Shown piece by piece: positions 13,101-25,100 of a stretch of DNA of 64,000 bases. Origin of the DNA: Klebsormidium nitens (lineage: Eukaryota > Plantae > Klebsormidiophyceae); NCBI GenBank assembly GCA_000708835.1, contig DF236971.1, positions 124,001 to 188,000 on the forward strand, written 5' to 3'. The translations under genes and the position numbers were made by a program. Numbering within the stretch: the stretch's first letter is position 1; every line of letters starts with the position of its first letter. The notes beneath the pieces are model-generated. The model did no database searches. It was not told the DNA's origin and worked only from the letters and a program-made list of their open reading frames with translations.

Positions 13101-16100
13101 GATGCAGTTCCAATAAGACAGATTCTACATGCAGGGGTTACTCCCGGTGGCGGCACGAATGGCAAACCCGGTGACGGGGGTGTGGTTGGGGCAGTCGACA
13201 AAACATTGAACGGACCAGGCTCCAAGGGTGGCGGTGGAGAAGAAGGAGGAGTGGGCACGGGTACGCCTGCATCAGCTACTAAGTTTTGAACATGACATGG
13301 ATCTATGTTGCTTAATAGTAATCTATTCTGATCCAAATGAATCCAATCTAAGCACGTACCCCTCTCGTTCCCCTCTCACGGTTTCAAGATCCGATCGGTT
13401 TGAACCAGTCGTTCGTTCTGGTTATTCTGTGTTTCCAAGAAGCCTTGNNNNNNNNNNNNNNNNNNNNNNNNNNNNNNNNNNNNNNNNNNNNNNNNNNNNN
13501 NNNNNNNNNNNNNNNNNNNNNNNNNNNNNNNNNNNNNNNNNNNNNNNNNNNNNNNNNNNNNNNNNNNNNNNNNNNNNNNNNNNNNNNNNNNNNNNNNNNN
13601 NNNNNNNNNNNNNNNNNNNNNNNNNNNNNNNNNNNNNNNNNNNNNNNNNNNNNNNNNNNNNNNNNNNNNNNNNNNNNNNNNNNNNNNNNNNNNNNNNNNN
13701 NNNNNNNNNNNNNNNNNNNNNNNNNNNNNNNNNNNNNNNNNNNNNNNNNNNNNNNNNNNNNNNNNNNNNNNNNNNNNNNNNNNNNNNNNNNNNNNNNNNN
13801 NNNNNNNNNNNNNNNNNNNNNNNNNNNNNNNNNNNNNNNNNNNNNNNNNNNNNNNNNNNNNNNNNNNNNNNNNNNNNNNNNNNNNNNNNNNNNNNNNNNN
13901 NNNNNNNNNNNNNNNNNNNNNNNNNNNNNNNNNNNNNNNNNNNNNNNNNNNNNNNNNNNNNNNNNNNNNNNNNNNNNNNNNNNNNNNNNNNNNNNNNNNN
14001 NNNNNNNNNNNNNNNNNNNNNNNNNNNNNNNNNNNNNNNNNNNNNNNNNNNNNNNNNNNNNNNNNNNNNNNNNNNNNNNNNNNNNNNNNNNNNNGGTTTG
14101 AACCAGTCGTTCGTTCTGGTTATTCTGTGTTTCCAAGAAGCCTGTTGACGGATGAGTTTTAGAGTTCGGGTAGAGCCCGATCAACGTTGGATGGTCCTGA
14201 GATGGGGCATGCGCTTCTAAATTATCTTTTTGAGCGATGCATCTTGCCCGGTTGTGTTCTTTTACCAATTCTTTTACCAATTGTATGGTTCGGATGATCT
14301 GCCGTTGGTGACGCAACGTCAATAAGACAAAACTACATGCAGGGGTTACGCCGGCCGGCGGCACAAACGACAAACCTGGTGACGGGGGTGTGGTTGGGGC
14401 AGTCGACAAAGCATTGAACGGACCAGGCTCCAAGGGTGGCGGTGGAGAAGGTGGAGGAGTGGGCACGGGTACGCCTGCATCAGTTACTAAGTCTCGAACA
14501 TAATACGCTTGTTATATGCATCTGTGTTGATTAGAAAGTGATTCTACTCAAATCCAGATGAATCTAGTTTGAGAATCTGAGCTCGTACCCCTCTCGTACC
14601 CGTCTCACAGTCTCATAAAATCCGATCGGTTCGAATCAGTCGTTCGTTCTAGTTATCTGAGTTCCAAGAAGCCTTTTGACGTATGAGTTTCAGAGTTCGG
14701 TATGGTCATGCGATGGGACATGCGCTTCGTATTTTATCTTTTCGAGCGATGCATCTTGCCCGGTTGTATTGTATTACCAATGGTATGGTTCGGATGATCT
14801 GCTATTGTTGACACGATCCCGATAAGACATTTTTACGTGCAGGGGTTACTCCGAGCGGCGGCACAAATGGCAAACCTGGTGACGGGGGTGTGGTCGGGGC
14901 AGTCGACAAAGCGTTGAACGGACCAGGCTCCAAGGGCGGCGGTGGAGAAGGAGGAGGAGTGGGCACGGGTACGCCCGCAACAGGTACTTAGGGTCAAAGG
15001 AATGCTTACGTCTGTAATCCTATTGACCAAAGAATGAACCTGCTCCCTGATTAGTTGTGGATACAATTCTATGAATCTGAGCTAGTACCCTTTTTCGAAA
15101 TCTCAAGATTGAGTTGGTAACCCTGGGCCCTCATTGTCTGGTTTGGAAAGTTACCGAAGCAATGACTTTTAGAGGTAGGGTAGAACTGAATCAGCGTTGT
15201 ATGGTTCTAGGATGGAGCACGGCTTCTTTCCTTGTATTTTCGAGCGATGCATTTCACATGCTGAGATACATATTTTCGGTCGAGAAACCTTTGGTTGATT
15301 TGAAGTTACGCCTCAGCCGTTTCTCTCGATCTATCAACATCGGCGGCCAGTTGATCACCTTGGATGTTTCCAAACGGCCCGACTCTGGCTTTGCGATTAA
15401 CGACATGCCCTGGTATATTTTGATGTGTAGGTCGGGATGCTGGAGCTACTGAGAATGGAGCCGCTGCCCCTAGAGCCGGCGGAACTGCGACCGGATCCGG
15501 AATCACGACAGGTTCGTGCAAGTCCAGGAGCTGGGAGACTGTTGGTTTTGTCGTGCTTGCTTCGAGCCTAGTCGATACTTTCCAAAGAGCTTTCGGTTTG
15601 GTCCCGACTTCAAACTGTGGGTTTGGACAACAAGCCTAAGGTTGAAAGGATGGGCAAAGAAAGTGCTTGTGTCTGGTTGATCAACGAACCGTGCTGTCAT
15701 AAATTCCGGCCGTGTCTCATTCAAGTAAAGGCCAGCTAGTTGTTTTTGCTGATCAGCTGAAACCCGAAGAGTTTGTGACCTACGTCATCCGACTGACTCT
15801 GATTTACTTGGGTTCTAGGCTACGTTGGTAAATTGTGTGGTAGACCATCTCGAGTCCTACTCGCCGTTTGAGATAACAAGGTTGCTTCGCAATCTGCTTT
15901 CAATAAACTACATCTGAATCCGGGATCGCGTATGCCCAACACGCGGAGTAACTTGACCTTGTGGTCGTCCTTTCACTTTTACAGGCACCAGTAACGTCCC
16001 GGCGCGCAATACCCATACCGGACAGCACGACTCCGGGGGCACTAATGTCCAGCAAAATGTTGACATCAACATCAACTTCAACCCCGATGGCTCCGGTTAC

Positions 16101-19100
16101 TTTGGTCAGCCCGTGCGAACTGCGCCGACGGCGCCTGTGGCCAGCCCCGCTCTTTCAGGTGAATTATCCTCACGCAACCATTGACCGGGCTTGTGGTGGG
16201 GGGGCAGGGGACTTTTGGTTGTTGTACATCTCAACATTTCAGCTTGCTGAATTTCTAGCCACGCTACTCGGTATCCGGAAAGTGACCGCTGGATGTGCCT
16301 TTCATCACCAAGGCCGCTTCTCGTTCTTTTGTCAGCGCACTGTCGGACTTGCCCAGCCTCGTGTAACCTTTTCGGGAATCGAAGCAGAACGGCACCTCAG
16401 ATGCATTCCCAAATCACAATTAATGTCTGCGTCAAGTGTCCTTCTTGGAATGACCGACTGAGTTCGACGGCTCGTTTGATTCTACCTATTGGCTGAACAG
16501 TCGTTGACAGGTTCCTATCTAAAGCGGACAACACTGCACAAAAAAGCGTGTTGCCACTACACTTATCTGGACTGGCACATCTGGACAGCCTATTATCGAA
16601 TGCAAGCCGCTGGCGCTCGTTTGCCAATCCTGGAATTGTGCACCGCAATTACCTTCGGCTCAGGGTTTCCGTCTTTTCACGACAGGTGGCGGCTCATCAA
16701 CGGTGGAAGCTCAGCAACCGATGGAGTCGCAACCGCGCAACCTGCTCACATCAACAACCCTACAGCCGGCCGCGTCAAGAACGTGGAGCCGCAAACTGCC
16801 GACGAAGCGGTGAAGTTCCTCAAGCATACCCAGGGTTTTGGGGAAGGCGTTCTGCAGCGACCAGACGGCACGGGTTTGGCGCCCAACACCCGCTTGGAGC
16901 CGGGGAAGGACTACATCTTCGTTCCAAGTGCTTCTCCCAGTGAGACTCGCCGTACGAAGCTGCCTGCTGCGAAGATGCGTTAATTGAGGTCCAGCCACCG
17001 GTTATTGACGACGACATCCGGGTTTCGTCTGTCGGCCGGTCCGAATCTGCTTCTGTTCTGCCTACGTTTCCTGTAAACAAAGACATTCGTCTATACTGCA
17101 TCGGCAGGTTCTACACCCACACACGAAGCAACCTTGCTGACGGCCCGTCAGATTATTAGACGGACCTGGATTTGAACCTCAGTGTGCGAGTCGACAGGCA
17201 AATAGGTACGGACGAGATTGAGTGATTTGAGATCGTGCTTCGTTATGAACGAAGATAGCCGTTGTAAATTGCATGTAAGCTTTAAATTGAGATTTCAAAA
17301 GTGTTGCACTTTACCTGTAGCACCCACTGATGGCGGCGGGAACGGTCATGCTGGTAACGACAGCAAGCCTTCAGACGCCGCCCGTCCGGCATCGCCAAGC
17401 ACAAATGGAACCGGTAAGAACCAAGGTCAGAGAGCGGAGTATTGCTTCAAGATAAACTCCCGTCTTCCAAAGCGCCAATCATTCTTCAAGTAGCGAGCAG
17501 TCAAGCGACACTCTTTTGCCACCATTCCTTTCTGTGGATCATTTGTAACTAGTGTTCTTGGTTGTAAAAAGTTGAAGGCTTATTCCTTTTCAAGCTCCAG
17601 GAAACGGGTATTGTAATGGTTGGGGGCTTGCTCGATGCATTTGTGCGTTTGCGACTGAGAGCTGCCTCCATATCCTATACTCGCCGATAGGAGGATTTGA
17701 CGAGTTGGATCAGAAGCTGACTTACGGCTAAGCACTCCGTTTTGGTTGACGAACCCTGCCGTTAAGAGCTTGATGCCTCCGACGGTCGAGTCCGTTAACC
17801 CCTCCGCTCGTCTTCCCTTAACCATGCTTTTGTTGCGCCTTTTTGCAGGTGGTTCGGAAGCGGCTTCAGGTGCACAAGCACGGGTGGTGCGCATCAGGAA
17901 TGCTTCAGCCGGCCAGATCTCGGAAGTGGAGCCGCAGACCGCCCGCGACGCACTTCAGTATCTGAAGAACATATCTGGATTCAGCAGCGGCGTCTTGCAG
18001 AACAAGAATGGCACGGGATTGGCGCCGGACACTCGCTTGGACCCGAGTCAAGAATACGTCTTTGTTCCAGGTCCGAACTCGACGTCCTTTTGAAGCAAAC
18101 GTCCAGAATTCGTTCACAGGTAGGATTTGATAGAAATAGAAATAGTAGCTATCCTAAGGACGTTAGCATTTTGGACAGCGGGCTTACCGTCCATGTTTTA
18201 CATGGAGGGTTGTGCTTTTTTGCGTAGGATCAGCCTCGAATATCCGTACTAACAAAAATACGCTAGAAACCAAATTGACGAGGTTTTTTGAGCAAATCAC
18301 AAACCACTTGTCTTTGCGATTGCGAAGTCAATGAGTTGATCTCATTGAACCAGTGCGTCATCCGAGTCGGCCGCAATGGCGAAGGATCCTTCGACATTTC
18401 TCTTTGAGTCGCGATTTGTACTGCCTTTCCGCCAGCCCTACACACGAAACTAAAAGAATCCGGCCTTGTCATAGCTAGCACCCGAGCGAACGGCCGTCAG
18501 TGCTAGCGAAGTAGACCTCGTTCCCATGTAAAACCACGGGACTCCCTTTCTTTCCAGTGGGCTGCATGATTGTTAGCATGATTCTATCTACTTCAGCAAT
18601 GAGACCTCAAGGCATGCAGGGCGCGACGATCGCAGATACCGGTCTTGACTCGTACTTGTTTGTGGCTGCTTGCCGACTGGAGGAAACTGTCCCGGAGGGG
18701 TATGTGCTACTATAGTCCTATTGATCGGTTGCTTCACTTGTCTTACCTCTAAGTCTGCAGGCTCGTGGCAATTTGATCAGCATCCAAGCAGTTTACTTAA
18801 GAGTAACTCGCGACGAAGCAAAGACCTGGTAGCCTGGAGGGAGCCGCATTCCACCTCCTTTCTCTGCAGATTCGGCAACGCGTGGCCACAAGGGCTCCGG
18901 CGGGACTGGCGCAGGCGCCCCCCAAGACGTGTCTGACGGCTCTTCTGGCGGTGCGGCCGGTGGTGACTCTGGTAGTTTGCCGGCGACTTCGAGTTGGCAA
19001 AATACTCAAAGCGCCTAATTGTTGTGTCTGCTCCGTTCTGCCTTTTCCTGGCCGGGTCTTCGATATTCGCTTCTCCTTCCCTTGGCAAACATATGCTGAT

Positions 19101-22100
19101 GGGTGTCAACATACGCTCAGATGACGAACGATGAGAAAGCAGATTACAGGTTTCCGAAAGAGCGATGCGGGTCGGACTCTCCGGATCACAGCCTTTTTGC
19201 GAAGGTTAACCCGCAGCAGGGTTCGGTTCATCCGATGCTGCGTATGCTTTTTAGTGACTGGCAGATACCAGCCCACAGTGTCAAACAAGGATAAGCAGCG
19301 GCGGCCACCCTTAGGACACAGAGCCGAGGCGCCTATGATTGGGTGGTACAAGATGCGCTCCGTTGCTCTTTGTAAGGGATTGTTTTTCGCGGTTCTCCGT
19401 AAGCAATTGGTCTTTCCGTCTTCACACTTTATTTGTTCTGCGTTTAACCAAAGCGAAGGCCTCCTCTAACGTGAAGCCTTCTTTTTGTCCCTAGGTGGTT
19501 CGGGGCCAGGTTCCACTGCGACTGCACAGGTTGTCCGGATCGTCCACTCGTCGACTGGCCGGACGTCCGACGTGGAACCTCAGACCGTCCAAGATGCACA
19601 AGAGTACTTGAGGAACCTGCCGGAATTCGGGCCAGGCGTTTTGCAGCGGAAAGACGGGACGGGCTTGTCTCCCGGTTCTCGGCTGGAACCGGGGCAGGAC
19701 TATGTCTTTGTCCCGAGCCGTAAGTGGATCTGATTCCAGTTGGATCCTTGGGCTGCATGTTCTGTTCCCATGGGCTGTATAATCTGTCGTGTTCGCCTCG
19801 GAGACACGGCATGTTCTGTACAATTTGCCTCGAAGCAATAGGTAGAACTTGTGCAAACGGATTGGGCTTCGCAACTTCCGCTCCTCAAAATTTCAAGCTG
19901 CTCGTTTTCTGGTTGCGCTCGCACGCGCGGAGACGCGCTTGCTTCGACAGAGTGTGCTATGCTGCTGGTTCTAGAAAAGCTTAGTAATAGTCAGCATGCG
20001 TCACAGTTCTGCCTCAAAAGACCGAGAAGAGCTCTCAGAAGCGGATCGGAGCAGACCCATACGTCGTCGTTGATGCTCCCAATATCGTTGCATTTAACAT
20101 TTCTATCTTTTCTGAAGACGCGCTGACTCAATATCTCTAACTCCAACGGAGTACGACGCCCGGCGGCGTTCAGAATTTTCAAGAGGTCTTGGTGACCAAT
20201 AATGAGTCTCACGTTTTATGAATCATGCAGGCGGAGGGTCCAGCGCAAAGCCCGCAGATGACACCAAACCCGACCGAGGCCGGGCTGGCGCTGACGTCCA
20301 GCCCGGTACTGGAGCTACCAGCGACACGGATGCTGGAAGGAAGACAGGCGGCGGGGGTAAGTCGGATCAACGTACCTGTCGAATGTTTTTGTCCGTGCAA
20401 TCTACGTCAGAGTCAGCCGCTTTTTAGTAGGAACCTGAAAATTGGCTTTGACGTGGATCCTTGCGGGAATGCTTACAAGAGCGCCTTTCCACAGGCAGGC
20501 CGGACTTGAGTAAAGGCCAATGTTGTATGCCTTCTTTCCAGATGCTACGGAAATGTGGTCCGGAATCCCTTTGTTTGCCAAGAAAGACAAACGGTGACCG
20601 CAAAAAATCGCTCTTTTGGAACAGGTCAACGCATGCAAATGGGCTGGAAGTTTAAAAATTTGGGTGGGAGTACACGTCAGCACATTAGCTTTCCGACTTT
20701 GCTTCACGCCTGGAAAGGGTCTATTTGGCGTCGAGCATTCTGAAAGGTCTGCTCTGGAGATTTGTGCCCAACCGTTCGGGGCCTTCTACGCTTTGCAGGT
20801 ACTGATGCGGGCCAGACATCCGCACTGATAACGACCGCAAGCGGCGCCAGTCAGCCTGTGGAGCCCCAGACTGTCTCGCAAGCCCTTGACGCGTTGAAGG
20901 GCATTCGAGGATTTGGGGAGGGCGTCCTTACAGCGGAGGACGGGACGCTCTTGGCGCCAGAGACCCGTCTTCAGCCGGGCGGACAGTACACCTTCGTGCC
21001 GGATAGTCCCTCAGGTCCGTTTTGCCTTGCCGTGATTTCGAGTTCCTGGAAGTCTTCCGGTCACACAAAAAATGGCAGCAAAAATTGCTATCGTGGCTCC
21101 GAACGTAACGACTTTCAAGCATACCAGGACTACGATGCGGGGTTGCTTTGTCAGGCCTGATTCCTAGTTGGAAATGTGTTACTTTGTCTTTGATTCTTTG
21201 CTTGCCTCTTCTGTCGGTCCGATATCTGGACATCGGCCAAGTGAGCCAGTGTTGTCTCCGGTTTCATTGTCTCCGGTCTCGAGGCAATTCCATCATCAAG
21301 CTCAGTGTACGGAGAACTTAATGATCACAGCGGACGAGTCTTCCTTTCATACTGTGAATGACAACCCCAACTCAACGAGCAAACGGAGGCATCATTGAAA
21401 CTCTAAGCAGCTTTTGCGAAGCACTGAGTCGTCATATTCTCTCTCCAAAGGTGCAGGCGCGGGAGCCGGCGAGAACGGCGCTAGTATTGTCACTGGAGGC
21501 GGCAATCAGAAGCGAGGCGCTGACAGGCCCGGTCCTGCCGGTGGAGGTGAGATCTCTCTATATATCGGGATTGCGTCTGAATCAAATTGTAAGGTGGGCA
21601 CCGTCTCGGAGGGAGAATGAACACAGCCGTTCACTTCTTACTTTTGCGAAGCTGAGTGACTTACTCGCTCATAAGTGGAGGAATCTGGAACAGCCTGCAG
21701 CCAAAATACAACTGATTACGGTAGATCGACCGGTCTCGATAAGCGTGAATCCTTTTGTTGTCATGTGTCGGATGTGTTGGGCGGAATCAGCACGATCAAG
21801 CCTCCTGGCCGGTGTAGGCTCATGTAAAGATCACGCTTTCGTTCTGACGCTCACGGAGACGGAAGAAGATGTAGTCTTTTTGTTGTCTCGATCTTCGAGC
21901 TTCTCCTCACATATGCTGGTCCGCCGGGATTCCACGGAACCAGTATCCATCATAAGTCGCCCTGTAGATTTAGAAGAAGGCTTTTTGATTGAGAGCACCG
22001 GCGTTGCTATCGAGCTTTGGAGGGAGTTCTGATTCCCTCCCTGGATGTCCCCGGTGTCTCAAGCTTTGATGCGGTTGCATTCGACGGTCTGGAGGTCGCT

Positions 22101-25100
22101 TCAAAGAAAGGCCCTATGCCGGAACCAAAGTGCTTTCCTGCTCTACCTTTCATAACCTGGACAAATCGCAGAAACTCTCTGAGAGCAATTTCATCTGGAC
22201 AGGGCATCAACCACTTCTTACTTGCGTGCAGGCGACCGCCCAGCAGATACAAGCGGGGACCAAGGACCCGCAAGCATTCAGAGCACCGGCGGGGGTTATC
22301 CCCTCAAGGTTCAGCCGCAAACCGTGGCTCAAGCCCTCGCGGCTCTGAAGCGCATGCCCCGGTTTGGAGAAGGCACGCTCAAGGCCAAGAACGGGACGCT
22401 TTTAGCACCAGACACGCGTCTGCAGCCGGGCGGGGAACATGTATTCGTGCCGACTGCTTCACCAGGTAAATCATGCGGGCGCTGCGTTTTGGTACCAGCG
22501 ATACTTTTGATTCAGGCAGCTTGTGTGCTGTTTTCGTCTGCTGTTGGAGCGAAAGTTGGCACGCACAAATTGGTCAAGGCTCCAGAAGTGAGAATTAGTG
22601 TAAACTATACATTTATCTTACGTTGCGCTTCCAGTCGATAGCCCGCTTGTGCATTCTGCAACAGGCACGCGGTCGTCAGGGGTTGAAGCCCCCTCCCCCC
22701 GCTTGTTGCATCCTGATGCAACTTCCGCCATTCACCTAACTACAGCGAAGCTTGTGCGATGTGTCATATAGAAAACTGAATGCGGAGGGGGTGGAATGTG
22801 TTGTGGCGCGCGGCAGCTTATAATGTTTTCCGGGAGACCGGGACAAGTACTTAGGAGGATTAAAAGCGCGGACTTTTGCAAGCCTTTCAAAATACGTGCT
22901 CAAGAGAGCGGTTGCGAACTCATCCAGTCCGCATGTCAATTAAGCGCGTATTCACAATCCATTATCCTTGTTGTGCAGGCACCAGAGATGGCACGGACGG
23001 AGCAAGTCCGGAGACTGACACCAGCAAGCCGGTTGACCCAGGCTACGATAGAAAAGACGGCGGCCCTGACGTAGGAGGTGGAGGTAAGTTGCTGAAGCAC
23101 GAAGCCAAGATATCAAGATAAGAGAAACGTCGTTCGAACCGTGCTTCAAGCTACAGAAGACGTTCTTTCGTTACTCGTTATCTCAGAAATACTTAGTCAA
23201 CGCTCAGTTCCCGGACAGCAGCGAACTTTTGGCTTGGATGACAAGCCTAAATCGATTTGCTTGGCCGGGTTGGTAATCGACGAGCACCTGGTTGTCTTCA
23301 GGGTGCTTGAATGTATTGTTGAAGTTTGTATACATCGTGCCTTGATAAAAGCTAAGCGGGTACGTCTCAGAGGCGCAGGGGCTGACGGGATGACGCGGCG
23401 GTCCTCGAGTGCCTTGTAAAAATCTATCTTTGGAAGCTGACAGGCAGCTCGAAATCCGAAGCCCCTTGCGGCTGATCGAATTATCTGTGGTAAATCACAG
23501 GCGGCAAAGGCAGCGGCGGCAAGGACCCAATCGTCATCCAGCACCCGAGCGGCGGCTCCCCTGCTAAGCTGCAGCCCCAAACGGTGGGGGAAGCGCTGGA
23601 TGCGCTGAAGCGCGTGGACGGCTTCGGGGAGGGCCGCTTGCAGAAGCCCGACGGCACCATTTTGGCTCGCGGCAGCCCGCTGGAACCGGGGGTGGTCTTC
23701 GTACCGAATGTTACTAAAGGTGGGCCGACCAGCAAAATTCCAGCTTTGACCCGCCGATCAATATGGTAACGTTCTACCGTCCATTGCCTCAGGTAGGGTA
23801 GCTCCTGAATACAACTATGGCTCTTCCAAATGGATTCGAAGCTTATTCGAGAAGGCAAGGTAGAGACAGTGGGCACGAAACGTTCCCGCAGTTGTGGCGC
23901 ACAGCGGGGAGCTCAATATTGGCAAGGAAGCTTGGTCTACATGCACCGCCTCTGCTTCTTACCTTGCAGGAAAAGGTGATACAACCAAGAACGACCCCAG
24001 GGGAACCGACCGTTCACCAATCTCAAAAGGCGACGGCCAGATGCCTGACGAGGGCGTCGAAGTGGGCGGTACTAAAGGTGAGCATCTGAATGTTTGCGCT
24101 TTCGACTCAAACCATTTCAGCAGCGTTTGCGTTACCGATTTTCAGAATCCTTCTCTTCCCCCTTTAATCGCGGAGCTCAAGTTTGATTAGCCGCCTGCAA
24201 CGCGTTCGGAGCTTTGGGTCAGAAGGAAGCGGTAACTTGATGATTATGTCAATGAGAAGGGTGCAAGTTTTCGCAGGACAGCTCTCAAGCCTCAGCAGTT
24301 CACCTTTGAGATTCAGGTGCCCTCTGATCGTCACCTCGGTCAAAGTGAAGAAGTGCCTTTTAAACCTCCAAGCCGTTGCGGGCTCCCTCTTCTAGGGCTT
24401 TCATTGCTTTATCTCGTTGATCAATATCTTTAAGTTGGGTATGTTCTAAGAACTATCCTTTTGAACGCTTTGCAGGTGACAAAAGCGGTGCTAACACGGA
24501 CCCGATCGTCATTCCAAACCCGAGCGGTGACTCTTCCGCAAAGTTGCAGCCGCAAACTGTGGGGGAAGCGCTTGATGCGCTGAAGGGCGTGGACGGCTTC
24601 GGGGAGGGCCATTTGCAGAAGCCCGACGGGACCATCTTGGCTCGTGGTAGCCCATTGGATCATGGGGCAGTCTTCGTCTCAAGCGCTGCCACAGGTGGGC
24701 CGATCAGCTTGTCAATATGTGCTCTTCAACGCTTGAAGTATGGAACCCGCTCGTTGATGTGGTCTCATCGGTTTTCCATCGCAGCGAAGTAGCCTAGTGA
24801 AGGCGTGGCGGACACAGTGGGCTCCAAGCATTGCCAAAGAGAGCGTTGGCGAAAGTGAGGAGGAACTTGGACTGGTCGCATAACCCAAGCTACTTAGCAA
24901 AGCGAGCGTGCATCGTTTCACCTTCCGTGGCAGGCAAAGAAGAGCCCAACGAGAAGGACCCCGTTCAGTCACCAAGTGGAAACGACGACGGGGACCAGAA
25001 GCCAAGCGGGAGTGAGAAGGGCACCGGGGGAGGAAAGGGCACCGGAGCAGGCGAACCTTCCGGAGGTAAGGATTGCATGTGACCGCGCTCGTTTGACGAA

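Larger units (their letters stand above)
8170..14983 (+). repeat. Tandem array of 13 visible Gly-rich coding exons (type A, consensus DDKPGDGGVVGAVDKALNGPGSKGGGGEGGGVGTGTP) duplicated with their flanking introns
   Basis: Exons at 8170-8295, 8533-8652, 8895-9017, 9255-9374, 9702-9845, 10153-10260, 10509-10658, 11661-11801, 12152-12292, 12666-12806, 13135-13275, 14343-14483 and 14843-14983. All lengths are multiples of 3, and neighbouring introns are visibly similar. Confidence 0.92.

Noticed and set aside
13228-14466. Long ORFs spanning the first N run (also 47818-48525 across the second)
   Set aside because: Artefacts of translating N as X.
8170-14983. CRISPR-like appearance of regularly spaced repeats (also the echo arrays)
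   Set aside because: Units are 100-500 bp, coding or exon-derived, bounded by splice sites, with similar rather than unique spacers and no cas genes.
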